From positions 1-64,000 of the forward strand of contig NW_021833614.1 of assembly GCF_006345805.1 (NCBI RefSeq): a stretch of DNA of 64,000 nt, given 5' to 3'. Of the stretch, positions 1 through 13,804 are shown piece by piece. Within the stretch, counting starts at the first letter, position 1, and each line of letters opens with the position of its first letter. The DNA comes from Octopus sinensis (lineage: Eukaryota). The translations under genes were made by a program, and so were the position numbers. The notes below the pieces were generated by a model. The model was not told the DNA's origin. It worked only from the letters and a program-made list of their open reading frames with translations, and did no database searches.

Positions 1-345
1 GGTTAAGGATAGAGTCGCAAAAAAATGTATATATAGATAAAAAAAACTTACTGTTAACAACTCGTTCACGTATTTTTCTCGTCCACCTATTTATTTCGTT
101 TTTGTCAATCATCTTAACTTACATTTGTTTACCTTCCTACGTTCACTCTGCGCCGTTTTGTTTGCCCGAAGCCCTAATTCTCCGCTAAGTTCGCAGTATT
201 ATCATTAAAGGCATGAAATTGAGTATTAACATTCGGTTGATGACTGATGAAAAATTAGGGCCTTTTGTATCTGTCCTACTTGTACGTTTTTTTAGCTATC
301 GTTGTTTATTTAATGCATTTTTCATTTATACATACATATATTTAT

Positions 346-691
<346 letters not shown>

Positions 692-854
692 GTGTGTGTG
701 TGTTTTAATCGACAGAAAATTACAAAAGAGATTCACCTGCCAAGAGTGTCCAGCATTATGAGTTTTTTGCCAATTAATAAAATCTGATGATGTCTGATAC
801 AAATTTTTGTTGGTTAGTTGTTTATTATTTGAATGTTTAATTAGTTGGCAGGTT

Positions 855-973
855 GATCGGTTGGTTGGTTGGTTGGTTGGTTGGCTGGTTGGCTGGTTGG
901 TTGTTTCGTTCGTTCGTCGTTCGTTGACTGGTTGGTTGATATCTCCAGTTCTGCATTACTTCGCACAGAGATT

Positions 974-1037
<64 letters not shown>
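855..1037. repeat. (GGTT)n then (GA)n microsatellites
   Basis: Direct tandem. Confidence 0.95.
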
Positions 1038-1739
1038 TTAACAAGCGATACAGGATGAGTGTATATTTTAGGTTTGGGAAAAGAGAGAGAAGGGAGAGCA
1101 CCAGTATGGTGCCCCTATTTTGATTCTTATAACTTTCTGAAAAACAAACATATTTTCAATGAAATTTTGCAGAAAAAGGTTTTCAGTGAGATAGACTGCG
1201 ATTATGTTGATAAAATTTAGGAAAATAATTTATTATATAAATGCAATACAAAGGTATACGAAAGAAAAGTAAGTTTTCCTTAATTATATTTTAAGGAACA
1301 AAACTTTTCTTTTGAAAATTAGTATCTATTTCATCGTTTTGTATAAATTCCAAGAAATTTCAGAAAGGTTAAATAATCCTTTCTACTACCGCCACAAGGC
1401 CTGAAATTTTGTGTGAAGGGGCTTGACTGGTACTTATTTCCACACACGCCAGCTTAATTTAATTCGTCCTTAGTCGAAAGACACCTGTTGTATTTGTGTA
1501 ACGTTGTCCATTTTTTCCGTCCTTGTTTTTGTATACATTTGCTGCTTTCTTCCAAGGAATCTAATGTTCTTAGGTTAGTTTTTCCTTGGGGCTGGCCAGA
1601 TTGGAGCAATCTCAAGTATAATCTGCCGAAATTGCAAAGATAATCTGGTACTTGTCTGAGGAAAGAAAACTTCGAATGACATATCTTTGTTTTCTTTGTA
1701 TCGTCTATCTGGATGGTTTTGTTGTCCCATTTGTATATA

Positions 1740-1775
<36 letters not shown>

Positions 1776-1806
1776 TGTATGTATGTATGTATGAATGCAT
1801 ACATTC

Positions 1807-1844
<38 letters not shown>

Positions 1845-2232
1845 GATATATAGATATAGATAATATATATATATGTATGTATGTATATATTTATATGTGG
1901 TGTGTCCTTTGTGTCTATGTTTGCCCCCCCACTACCACGCCAATTGAAACCGATACTGGTGTGTTTAATTCCCGTAACTTAGTGGTTCGGGAAACTATAG
2001 AATAAGCACTAGGCTTACAAAAATAGTATGTATTCTGTGAGAATAGACCACTCACTCTTGACATTAGTGAAAGGACTCCGATGTATTAAGCAAAGAAAAA
2101 TTGTTAAATTCTAATTAATTGTAGTATACACAAGTTTCATTTGTTTACTTTCAAGCAATCTCTCTCTCTCTCTTGTGTGTGTGTGAGCGTATTTTCCTCT
2201 CCCTCTCTCTCTCGTCCTCTCTCTCTCTCTCG

Positions 2233-2269
<37 letters not shown>

Positions 2270-2273
<4 letters not shown>

Positions 2274-2553
2274 CACGTGATTCACGTGACCGACCAGACC
2301 ATCAGACGTTGTTACCCATCGCTGGTCACAATGCGTTCGCATTGTTTTAGCCTTTGAATGACGCCCCCCCGCTGGCTAAGCGTGCAGGCCAACAGAAGAA
2401 AGAGTGGTGAAAGAGTACAGCAGGGATCACCACCCCCTGCCGGAGCATCGTGGAGCTTTTTAGGTGTTTTCGCTCAATAAACACTCACAACGCCCGGTCT
2501 GGGAATCGAAACCGCGAGTCCGCTGCCCTAACCACTGGGCCATTGCGCCTCCA
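2270..2553 (-). mobile_element. tRNA-derived SINE, family C
   Basis: Minus strand begins GGAGGCGCAATGGCCCAGTGGTTAGGGCAGCGGACTCGCGGTTTCGATTCCC (A and B boxes), then a non-tRNA body. Confidence 0.75.
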
Positions 2554-2574
2554 TATATATATAATATATATATA

Positions 2575-2760
2575 TAGTTAATCTAAACAAGAAAACACAA
2601 AAACACAGCAACACGAGGACGTGGAACAAATAAAGTATTATTGGACGCTCAGGAAAGAAGGGAAGAAGGAGGGTTTAACGTTTCGAGCGGAGGTCTTCGT
2701 CGGAAACAAAGGAGAAGGAAAGATCCCGCGAAGGGAAGACAGAGTAAAAAAATTGCTGGC
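2575..2760 (-). mobile_element. Non-autonomous Penelope-type repeat, copy 1 (degenerate hammerhead-like motif at 2673-2707)
   Basis: Closely similar to 28295-28480 (GGACGTGGAACAAATAAAGTATTATTGGACGCTCAGGAAAGAAGG..GTTTCGAGCGGAG..TTCGTCGGAAAC). PLE assignment is inferred from the ribozyme-like motif. Confidence 0.6.
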
Positions 2761-3034
2761 GGTGCTCACGAGGTCACATGTTGAAATATATATATAGATA
2801 ATGCATCGTGCCGGTAAAGCGCGTTCACTTTCAGTGTTCGTTGTGCGTTTGGTTAATGACAGAGAATGGATGATGGAAGATACGAGAATATTTATTGATC
2901 ACTACAATTGTTTCGACCCATCTAGCATCGATCCCTCACGGGTGGGATACTTAACAACTGGTACAGGAACATCCGACGGTGTAGATGTGTCACTTCGGGT
3001 GATGAATACGTAGAACTCATTAAAACAATTATGC

Positions 3035-3183
3035 TGCAGACGTGGCTGTGTGGTAAGAAGCTTGCTTCACAACCACATAGTTCTGGATTCAGTCTCGCAA
3101 GTGTCTTCTACTATAATCTCGAGCTGACCAAAGCCTTGTGAATGGATTTCGTTGAAGACTGTCGCATATAAAGTTATGTTTGT

Positions 3184-3256
<73 letters not shown>

Positions 3257-3475
3257 TGTGTTTGAGTTTGTGTTTGTCCCCCGCCACCGATTGACAACCG
3301 GTGTTTGTCTGTTTATGTCCCCGTAACATAGCGGTTCAGTAAAAAAACATCGATAGAATATTACCAGGCTTTAAAAATCATAAGTCTTGGATCGATTTAT
3401 TCGACAAAATAACCCTTGAAAGCAGTGCCCCAGCATGGCCACAGTCAAATGACTGAAACAAGTAAAAGATAAAAG
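3035..3475 (+). mobile_element. Diverged SINE family A copy with expanded (GT)n
   Basis: Head GTGGCTGTGTGGTAAG, tail GACTGAAACAAGTAAAAGA. Confidence 0.75.
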
Positions 3476-4310
3476 CTATATATGTTCACATATATATTCT
3501 CACACACGCACAGACATATAGATATGTATATATACACATATACACACACACATTTATATATACATGCATTATATATATATATATATATATACATGCATAC
3601 GTACCTACACATATACATGCGTATGTACGTACGTAGATATATACATATATACATGCATACATTCATACATACACAGAGAGAATGTGAAAAAATGAGAGAC
3701 AGAACCAAATGCGAACTGAATCGCAGATATAAGTTAAGGAAGCTGGATGGAAAATTGCTTATTCTTTCGCTTGACTGAAATGATGGACACCTCTCATTCG
3801 CAAAATCTATTCTATATTCTAGAAGAGGAAAATAACACACCCTGAAACAAAACATAACTATGTTCTCCCTATTGCGTGGGATAGGGGTCTTTGTTTCTGT
3901 CTAATCTAGCGTCCCTACGGGGGTTCATAGTTGTAACGTATGAAAAAAAATTAAGAAGGGTTTTGACAGATGTTTGTATTTATGTTAAATGTGGGCCAAG
4001 CGAATCGAAAACCCTAGATTTTTGCTTTTATTTTCATGCGTATACCTTTTACGTATTTGAGTTAGTGGATTGCGGCCATGCTGGAACGCCAACATCAATG
4101 ATTGTTGTGGTATCCCCAGACAAACATCAGACTATTCATACATCGTATGTTCATTATGGCATAACTGTTTATTTCTTGAGATTACTTTCCTCTTCTTATT
4201 TAATGCCAGTGGTAAATTGTCACGAATTGTTCCTTTACTTTCTCAAGAAAGGAGGAAAATATCAAGAAATCAGGATCTAACGCAATTTGGTATCATCACA
4301 TTCTCTCTCT

Positions 4311-5407
<1,097 letters not shown>

Positions 5408-6855
5408 TTTACTTTAGAAATTCATACCAGTGAGTTATTTCGCCTTGCGCATTATTATTTAAATTAGGCGGTGTAGCATATACTATAAATCGCTTAGAAT
5501 TTTTTTTGTATTTGTTATTATCGTATGTTTGGTGGCGACAAGATACAACTGCTGTGCTGATGATGCATAGAAAGGCAGAAACACGCAGAGTTCTCGCTCT
5601 TGTAGACATAGTGAGAACCAAAGACGTTTTAACGCATTGACCTAAACGTCCACGTTGTTTTAAGACATTTAGTTAGCCCTAAGTAATATAAAGCCTTCTT
5701 TTGATAAGTCGCAAGTTACTCTGGTAACTCAAAAAAAGGTGGGGTATGTGTATCATACATGATGCGTGGACTCCAAGAAAATATGCCTTGTGTATTACTT
5801 GCGATGCAAAGAACAGGGAAATTGTTAAATTTCATTACAAATGGTTAAAGAAAATAATTTCAAATAAGTAATCGAACACAATTTTCAGTAAATATAGGAT
5901 GAACAAGAAACACATTATTCGGTACAGTCAAGGAATAGCGACTTAAATAAAGCATAACGGAAGCCACACAACGGAAATTTCAAACTGAAGATTTGAAGTT
6001 ATTTAAGAAAGGTAAAATAGCGCAGACATAAAAAATATAATATGGCAGTTATGTATCTGTTACACGAAGTCCAATCAATGATTGTCAGGGTGGAATGCCG
6101 GATGTGGGATGTACAATTCTGGTAATGTAAGATAAGAAATGAAAAAAAATCTAAACATATACATGCACAATATATAAGTACATACATACATACATACATA
6201 CATACATACATACATGTATGTATGTATGTATGTATGTATGTATATATGTATGTATGTATATACATAGATTTATATATTTGTATGCACGTACATATATATA
6301 TATATATACATATATATATACATGTATATATCTGTGTGTGTGTATGTGTATACACACGCATATATTATATACTCGGATAGAGGTATGTATATGTCTCTTC
6401 TCTCTATAAATATATATGCTGCCTTATACATCGGTATATAAACACACATTTATAGAGACAGAGGGAGGGAGAGAGAGATCACGTATATATGTGTGTGAAC
6501 TTATACTCATATACATGCTATACATGTATATATATATATATATACATTCACACACACATACACACACAAACACACACACAAACATGTATATACATATATG
6601 TATGTATCTATGCATATATATATACATAAATATATGTATATATCATATAACTTACAGGTATATACATATACCTGTGCGTGTGTAAATGAATATACTCACA
6701 CTAACACACCTACACGTGCACAGGTATATTTATATGGAAAGAGCATACATACGTTTGGCGAGCAATTACTGTATCTAAAATGGGATTTTAAAGAGAATAC
6801 GTCAGACTAATCTCTAAGCACATATATATTTACATACGTATATGAATGTCTATGC

Positions 6856-6888
<33 letters not shown>

Positions 6889-9264
6889 TAGCTATATTTA
6901 CGTAAATACAGATGTGAACAGTATATGTTAATGTAGAACTAAAAGGAATACTTGAGCGGCAAAAAAGCATTAACTGTTATTTATTACATGTTGCAAATTA
7001 GGGAACAAGAGTAAAACTTGTGAAGCGCATCACAATGGGATTGAAATTAACTGTGAAGAAACACAAAGCGTTTATGAAAAATTGTGTTCGGTGGCCCAAT
7101 CCGTTGTAGGACTTTGTATCAGAGGGGATACCGCTCTCTATAGCTTGTGAAAATGGAGATTTATGCTTATTAGATTTTGAAGACGATTCAGTGAATATTT
7201 TGTTACAAAAATGTACAGAAGAGATGAGATGTACTTTTAGAAAGAATAAGTTTTTAGGAGCCAAACGTGTGAGAGTTGGTGTAGATGTGTTTATGTATGC
7301 ATGTAAGTAGGGGTGTTGGAAGAAACTCTTGAGCTAAGTTTCATGAATGGTTAGTTAGCTTGGAAAGTAAGGGAGGTGTTTAATTAAATTTTACGATTTA
7401 ATTAATTGAATTGCAGCTGTTATGGTAATTATATGCATGTGTATATACTCGTATGCCTATAGGTATATATACACAGATATGGTTATACACACACGCATAC
7501 ACACACATATATATATATATACACACACATACATATACTTACTTGGAAATGGATGCGTGGCGTTCAATCAAATAATAATATAAATAATATATATATATAT
7601 ATATATACATATGTATACACACATATATATATACATATATACATACACGCATACACACACACACACATACATATATGTATATATACATACATACATGTAC
7701 TTACTTGGAAATGGATGCGTGGCGCTCAATCAAATAATGATATAAATATATATATATGTTTACACACACATGTATATATATATGCATATATGGGTACAGT
7801 ACGTCACAAACAGTAAACAACATGAAATACGAAAACAAACGAGTTGAATACACAAACAACGAGAGAAACAAATAACATAAAGATAGACCCTTCATTAATT
7901 GCCGGCTGCCTATCTACTCTTTATTTCGAGCATTGAGCGACAATATGAGTCTTCGAAGGCGGCTGCTTCTTCAAAAGCCAAAATAAAATTTGTGATTTAT
8001 TGAAGGTCAAAGTTGGTAACAAAAACAGGTCAGTGGAGACATACAATGAAAACCGAAAGAAAGCAAACATGAATGGTCGTTAGACCAGACGAAGGTAAAA
8101 TAGCGAACACTGGAGAAATATTTTCTTTGACATAGAAGAGAGAGATAGATAGAATACGTCCAACCTCTAGGACATCCCTGAAAGAAAAGAAAGATGATCA
8201 CGTGAGGAAAAGAAAGGTGGACGATGGTCACGTGAAGAAAAGAAATGTGAACGATGGTCACGTGTGAGCAACGAGAGAGAATAAAGGAGAAAGAGGGGAT
8301 AGAGAGATAGAAAACGGTGAAGTGGAGAAAAAAGGAATTAGGGAAAGGATGAGAGAGAAAACGATAAGGGGACAGAACAGATTATTTATTTGTAGTGACA
8401 AATTCCCTCCATCAAATCGACATTACCTGTACAGGTGCATAAGTGTGCCACACATCTGATGTCGAAATTATCGCAGAGCAATTTGAAATGAAAAGTTTTG
8501 CTCAAGAACACAACAAATTGCCGTGTCTCGGAATCGAACCCACGATATTTCGATCGTGAGAGCAGCACCTTAACCACTACACGGTAAATTATTAGTGTCG
8601 TAAGAATGTTTCTTTATCTGAGATAATTTACTTTGGAACATGTCAGTAGGTTTTTGTTTTGTTTTATTTTCTTTTAGTCAACGCTGTATCTGATGACAAC
8701 TGTAAACATTTTGCTTGTACAATATCTGTATGACCAAGAGAGAGATAAAGACAGAGGCAGACAGATTGATACACACAGACAAATAGATAGTCAAACAGGG
8801 AGCAGTTGTAAGTACTTTTCGCTTCTGTTTGGTTTAATCACCATTGTGTGTAATAAAGTTTGTGCGAAATTCGTTTCATTTCTATAATGTATTATAAAAG
8901 ATAGCTATAAGATATTTAGCTGATGTTATTCGTTACAATGACTGTAATATAATTTTTTTCTTCTCTTTTATAAGAAGCAGCTAAATAATTTTGAATTTGC
9001 TTAAGTGCTGCATGGTTAGTCTCAATAAATTGAAGTTTTTCAACACATTATATCGCATAGGTACCACGTTATAATTCTACTAGTATATTCGACAGAAAAT
9101 TTCTGGCAGAAATCTAGACTAGAATACTTATACTGTGACGTCACTTACGGATATTTCTTTGTAAGAATAGCTTATTGAACCCAAACTGGCATTATACCAA
9201 TATCATAATGCGTTTTTATTCATTCTACCAAATTAGTGTAAACCATTTTTCGAATAATTTTTTT

Positions 9265-9270
9265 TCTTTT

Positions 9271-9340
<70 letters not shown>

Positions 9341-9576
9341 AATTATTTTACTTTTTTGGCTGGGTTGTCTACAAACATGAACCCCCTTTATTCAATATAT
9401 GACAGATCATTTAGGCAAAACCGAATTCAAGAAAAGAAGAACTTTTAAAAACAAAGATTCTTTTATTTGTACCATTCCGAAAGATGAGAGCAAATTAGAG
9501 CTCGCTTTATTGACAAAAAGCTTTCTGACAGGATGATTAAATTTATTATTTATTTTATTTTGTTGTTGTTATTATG

Positions 9577-9641
<65 letters not shown>

Positions 9642-9668
9642 CATTATTATTATTATTATTATTATTAT

Positions 9669-9709
<41 letters not shown>

Positions 9710-9733
9710 TCAGCAGCATCTACATCATTGTTA

Positions 9734-9794
<61 letters not shown>

Positions 9795-9796
9795 TT
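9265..9796. repeat. (ATT)n and compound (ATT)/(AGT) microsatellites
   Basis: Two triplet tracts, 9265-9340 and 9574-9796. Confidence 0.93.
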
Positions 9797-10223
9797 GAGA
9801 TTTTGAGTGGAAGATTATCATGTCAGGAGCATTGTTTATTAAATTTTGGTTATGACTAAACATAAATTCAATTTTTGCGGGTTATTTTTTTTCTAAAAAA
9901 TTTTCAAAAATGTATACTAAAAATAACTTGACTTCAAAAATTAGCAAAACGAAACAAAGGAAACAAAAATATGAAAAAAGATTTGTAAAAAAAAAATGAT
10001 AATAAAATAAAATAATAATAAAATAATAAAAGCTAAATATTTTGGTTTTGATGGAAGGCGAAGAATTGCAGAGGCGACCAAGCGTCCCCTTCCTGAGTTT
10101 AAGGTTGATTTTCTTTTTAAAGATTCTTTATTCTTTACTTGTCTTAGACGTTGGACTGCGACCATGCCGGAGCATTTCTTTGGAGAATTATAGTCGAACG
10201 AATCGCTCTCGCCCCCGGCCCCA

Positions 10224-10273
<50 letters not shown>

Positions 10274-10714
10274 CTAAGGATAATATCGATATTATCAAGT
10301 GGCCAGCATGGGGAAAAAATACCATACAAAGGTAAGAATTTTTTACAACTAAAAATAAGGGTGTCTGAGAGACACTACCATGCCGAAATAGCAGTCAAAT
10401 CCCTGACTCTAAAAACCACTTTAAATGTTCATATCGCACCATGAGATAAGACAGAGGGACAAAATAGACTAGCAAAAAGATATTACTGAATAATTCAAGA
10501 TCCTGGATTTCTAGCTTTGCTTTAAATAAGCTTTGCCGTCATCAGTTGAATATATCTGAGCACATAAATACAAATATATATATGCAGAACGAACGTTATA
10601 CTTAGATATACTAACGTCCATACATATATATATATATGCACGTATGTACATGGTCAGTTTAAATTGCCCGCCAAACACTTCATGAGCACGATATGTATGT
10701 ATGGACGTTCGTAT

Positions 10715-11985
10715 ATTCCGTCCAAAGGCTACAATAGGCGGCTGAGGAAATATCTGTTTGAAACATGCAACATGCTGGTAACTTTCATGCAACACTTTTA
10801 AAATGTCAACGAAATTTAGGTGTCAGTTAATCACTAAAGGAATTCTGTCACATATTGTATTGTTTTTGCTAAATTTATGTGTGAAAATTTGACTTTCTTT
10901 GCTAATCTTAGCTATCTCATTTGCTATTTCCTTTAATCGTGATTCATTGTAATCGCGTTTGACATAATGGTGAACAAAAGCATTTGCAAGTTTCCAGTAA
11001 TCCCCTATGTCAGTACAAATATGCTTTATCCTAGAAAACTGGGATTTCGGATTTGACCGAATTATTTGATGTGGATGATCGGAGCGGCGATGGAGGTAAA
11101 TATGGAATGACGTGGGCTTGCAAAATAACTGTCACTCTTCTGCAAAAATTCAATGCTAGTTTTTGAAAAACTAGACGTAAATTTTATGTTGGATTTAAGG
11201 CCATAGGTTTTAGCATAACAGTCACAGAAGTGCAAGAAGTAAATTAAATTATCCTGTGATCATTCCCAGACAAAAAAGACGTCATCAATGAATCGTAACT
11301 AGAGTGTTGCTTCATGACCATGTAGGGATTTAAATGTTTTCAGTAACTGTGTTTCGAATTTCGTCATGAAGACATTAGCGAAATTAACTGCCATGGGGGT
11401 ACCTATGGCACAAGCCCTTATCTGGTGGTTATATTTTTGTCCAAACTTCATTGTGTTACTTTATAACACAAATCTCAATAACCTACAGAGAAAATTTGAT
11501 GGAATACTTTTGTTTGACCGTTTTTCGAAAGCATTCATATATGCTTCTACTCCTTCATCGTGGACAGTATGAGGATATAAGGAAGAAAAATCCATGGTTA
11601 TCAAAAAAAAAGTTTTCGACATGGCTTCGGTGCTTGAAAATGATGTTGATTTTAGACAACATCATTTAGAAAATGATGTTGATTTTTGATCTTTTTGCGT
11701 CAGGAAGTAGAAAGCCATCCAGCCATTCCGCAATCTTGGCTATTCAGCATTCATATCCGTTGCAAATGGGGTGCATTGGAGGAAATCTTTCGAACGTTTT
11801 GTGTATTTTAGGGAAACTAAAAAATACAGGTGTTCTTTCTGACCGTAAAATCCTGGATTCGACCTTATTAAGGAAATTTTTTTCCTCCATTTCCGGAATT
11901 ATTTTCTCAAGTTCCTTTCTGTAATTGGGGTTTGGATCAACAGGTAATTCTTTATATGAAGTTTTCTCACTTAATAAACGACCCT
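10715..11985 (-). mobile_element. Penelope-like retroelement, decayed reverse transcriptase and thumb region
   Basis: Minus-strand translation across stops and frameshifts gives RLLSEKTSYKELPVDPNPNY, FFSFPKIHK..PPMHPI, SSLYPHTVHDEGVEA, AIGTPMAVNFANVFMTKFE, LRFIDDVFFVW, IKFTSSFS, YLHRRSDHP, SQFSRIKHIC, RIPLVI, IFPQPPIVAF. These are PLE RT and thumb motifs. Confidence 0.88.
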
Positions 11986-12214
11986 TATACAGGGACTTTT
12001 TGTGCCGGGTGGGCTATCCGACCTGAAGAAAATTCTAACTGGGCCCCACCTGCAAGGTAATGTGTTGTTTATCTTGCTGTGAGAACACCATGTCGCGCAC
12101 AAATGATTGTGATGCATATGCCTGGCGTACCCTTATCGGACGGGTAGTCATGATGGCTTCGAATATTTTAACCCAGTATCACTTTGAAGTTATGCACGGC
12201 TCTCTCACTCAGTC

Positions 12215-12215
<1 letters not shown>

Positions 12216-12280
<65 letters not shown>

Positions 12281-12536
12281 GTAATAATAATAATAATAAT
12301 AATTCCTACTGGGAGCACAAGGCCTCAAATTTGGAGAAGGGATTAACTCGATTTCATCAACTCCAGTGCATAACTGGTACTTATTTAATCGACCCCGAGA
12401 GGATGAAGGACAAGTCGACTCAGCGGAATTTGAACTCAGAACGTAAAGACGGACGAAATACCGCTAAGCATTTCGGCCGGCATGTTAACGATTCTGCCAA
12501 CTCGCCGCCTTAATAATAATAATGATGATGATAATG

Positions 12537-12634
<98 letters not shown>

Positions 12635-12647
12635 TAATATAATAATA

Positions 12648-12679
<32 letters not shown>

Positions 12680-12680
12680 A

Positions 12681-12733
<53 letters not shown>

Positions 12734-12740
12734 AATAGTA
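12216..12740. repeat. (AAT)n/(GAT)n tracts flanking a SINE B copy
   Basis: Direct tandem. Confidence 0.93.
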
Positions 12741-12873
12741 ATACTTTCTACTAAAGGCACAAGGTCTGAAATTTAGCAGGACGAGACAAGTCGATTACAT
12801 TAACCGCAGTGTTTCGATAGTACTCAATTTATCGACCCCCGAAAGAATGAAAGGCAAAGTCAACCTCAGCGGA

Positions 12874-13259
12874 TCGATACAGCCATTCGTCAGGCTGTTA
12901 TTCGTCGAACGTTCCAGCCAACGCCAATTCAACACCCCCGTCTGAAGGAAGTCTTTTCGAAGAAGCCCGATGAAAGAACCGAAGCCCTCTCGAAGGAAAA
13001 CTTCACAGGCATGATACGCTTCCGTAGTGGTCATCATCCGGCACTCAGGCGATGGCAAAAGATGGCAGGACGCAGCGACACATATATCAATGCAGACTCT
13101 GTAACGAGGAGTTGGAATCTGCAGAACATCACTGGATGGTGGAACGCTATATCTGCCAACTAGGGGCTACAATGGATGAGATGATTCGTCTCCCTTCCTC
13201 GGTTCTAGCGCTTCTGAGAGTTATCCTCGGGTACTTGAGGTGACCAACAACAACAACAG
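12874..13259 (+). mobile_element. 5'-truncated I-group (I/Nimb/Ingi-like) LINE 3' end with (CAA)n tail, inserted inside a SINE
   Basis: MIRFRSGHHPALRRWQKMAGRSDTY, frameshift, QCRLCNEELESAEHHW (zinc-knuckle-like). Stop at 13241-43, CAA tail, flanked by CCTCAGCGGA (12864-73) and CCTCCGCGGA (13260-69). Confidence 0.7.
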
Positions 13260-13634
13260 CCTCCGCGGAATTTAAATTCAGTTCGGAAGACGAGAGGCAA
13301 AGCTGATTGCAGTTGAATTTGAAATCAGAACGTAAATTGTTAGGACAAATACTACATTTAAGTCTTATTTTCTAATAACCCTGCATACCTACCGGTCTAT
13401 AGTTTCCAGCAGAGGATCAGTCTATACTTTCAACCCCTAATACTTGACTGGTACCCTATGATGGCATCGCCCCCGTTTGGCTGAAACGCAAAATTGACAT
13501 CGACGCCATTTAATGAATGCCACAAGGAAATTTCTTCGGACGTTTTACTGATTCTGCCAGCCCACCGCCCATATTAATGATAATGGTGACATGACAGTGA
13601 TATGATGCAGAGATGCTGATGTCTTAACAGGGAG

Positions 13635-13773
13635 ATGTTTATGATGATGAGAACGACAACCACGACCACGATGATGATGATGACGATAACCAAGATATCG
13701 ACGACGACGATGATGATGATATTAATGATGATGATGACTATGCTAGTGCTGCTGCTTTTGCTTCTGCTACTGG

Positions 13774-13804
<31 letters not shown>

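Noticed and set aside
8678-8701. 24-nt micro-exon candidate, and similar ones near 10279-10331, 32188-32283 and 46239-46277
   Set aside because: Only one good splice signal each, ambiguous frame and no recognisable peptide
12795-13058. Minus ORF of 87 aa
   Set aside because: Antisense to the LINE remnant and running into SINE sequence
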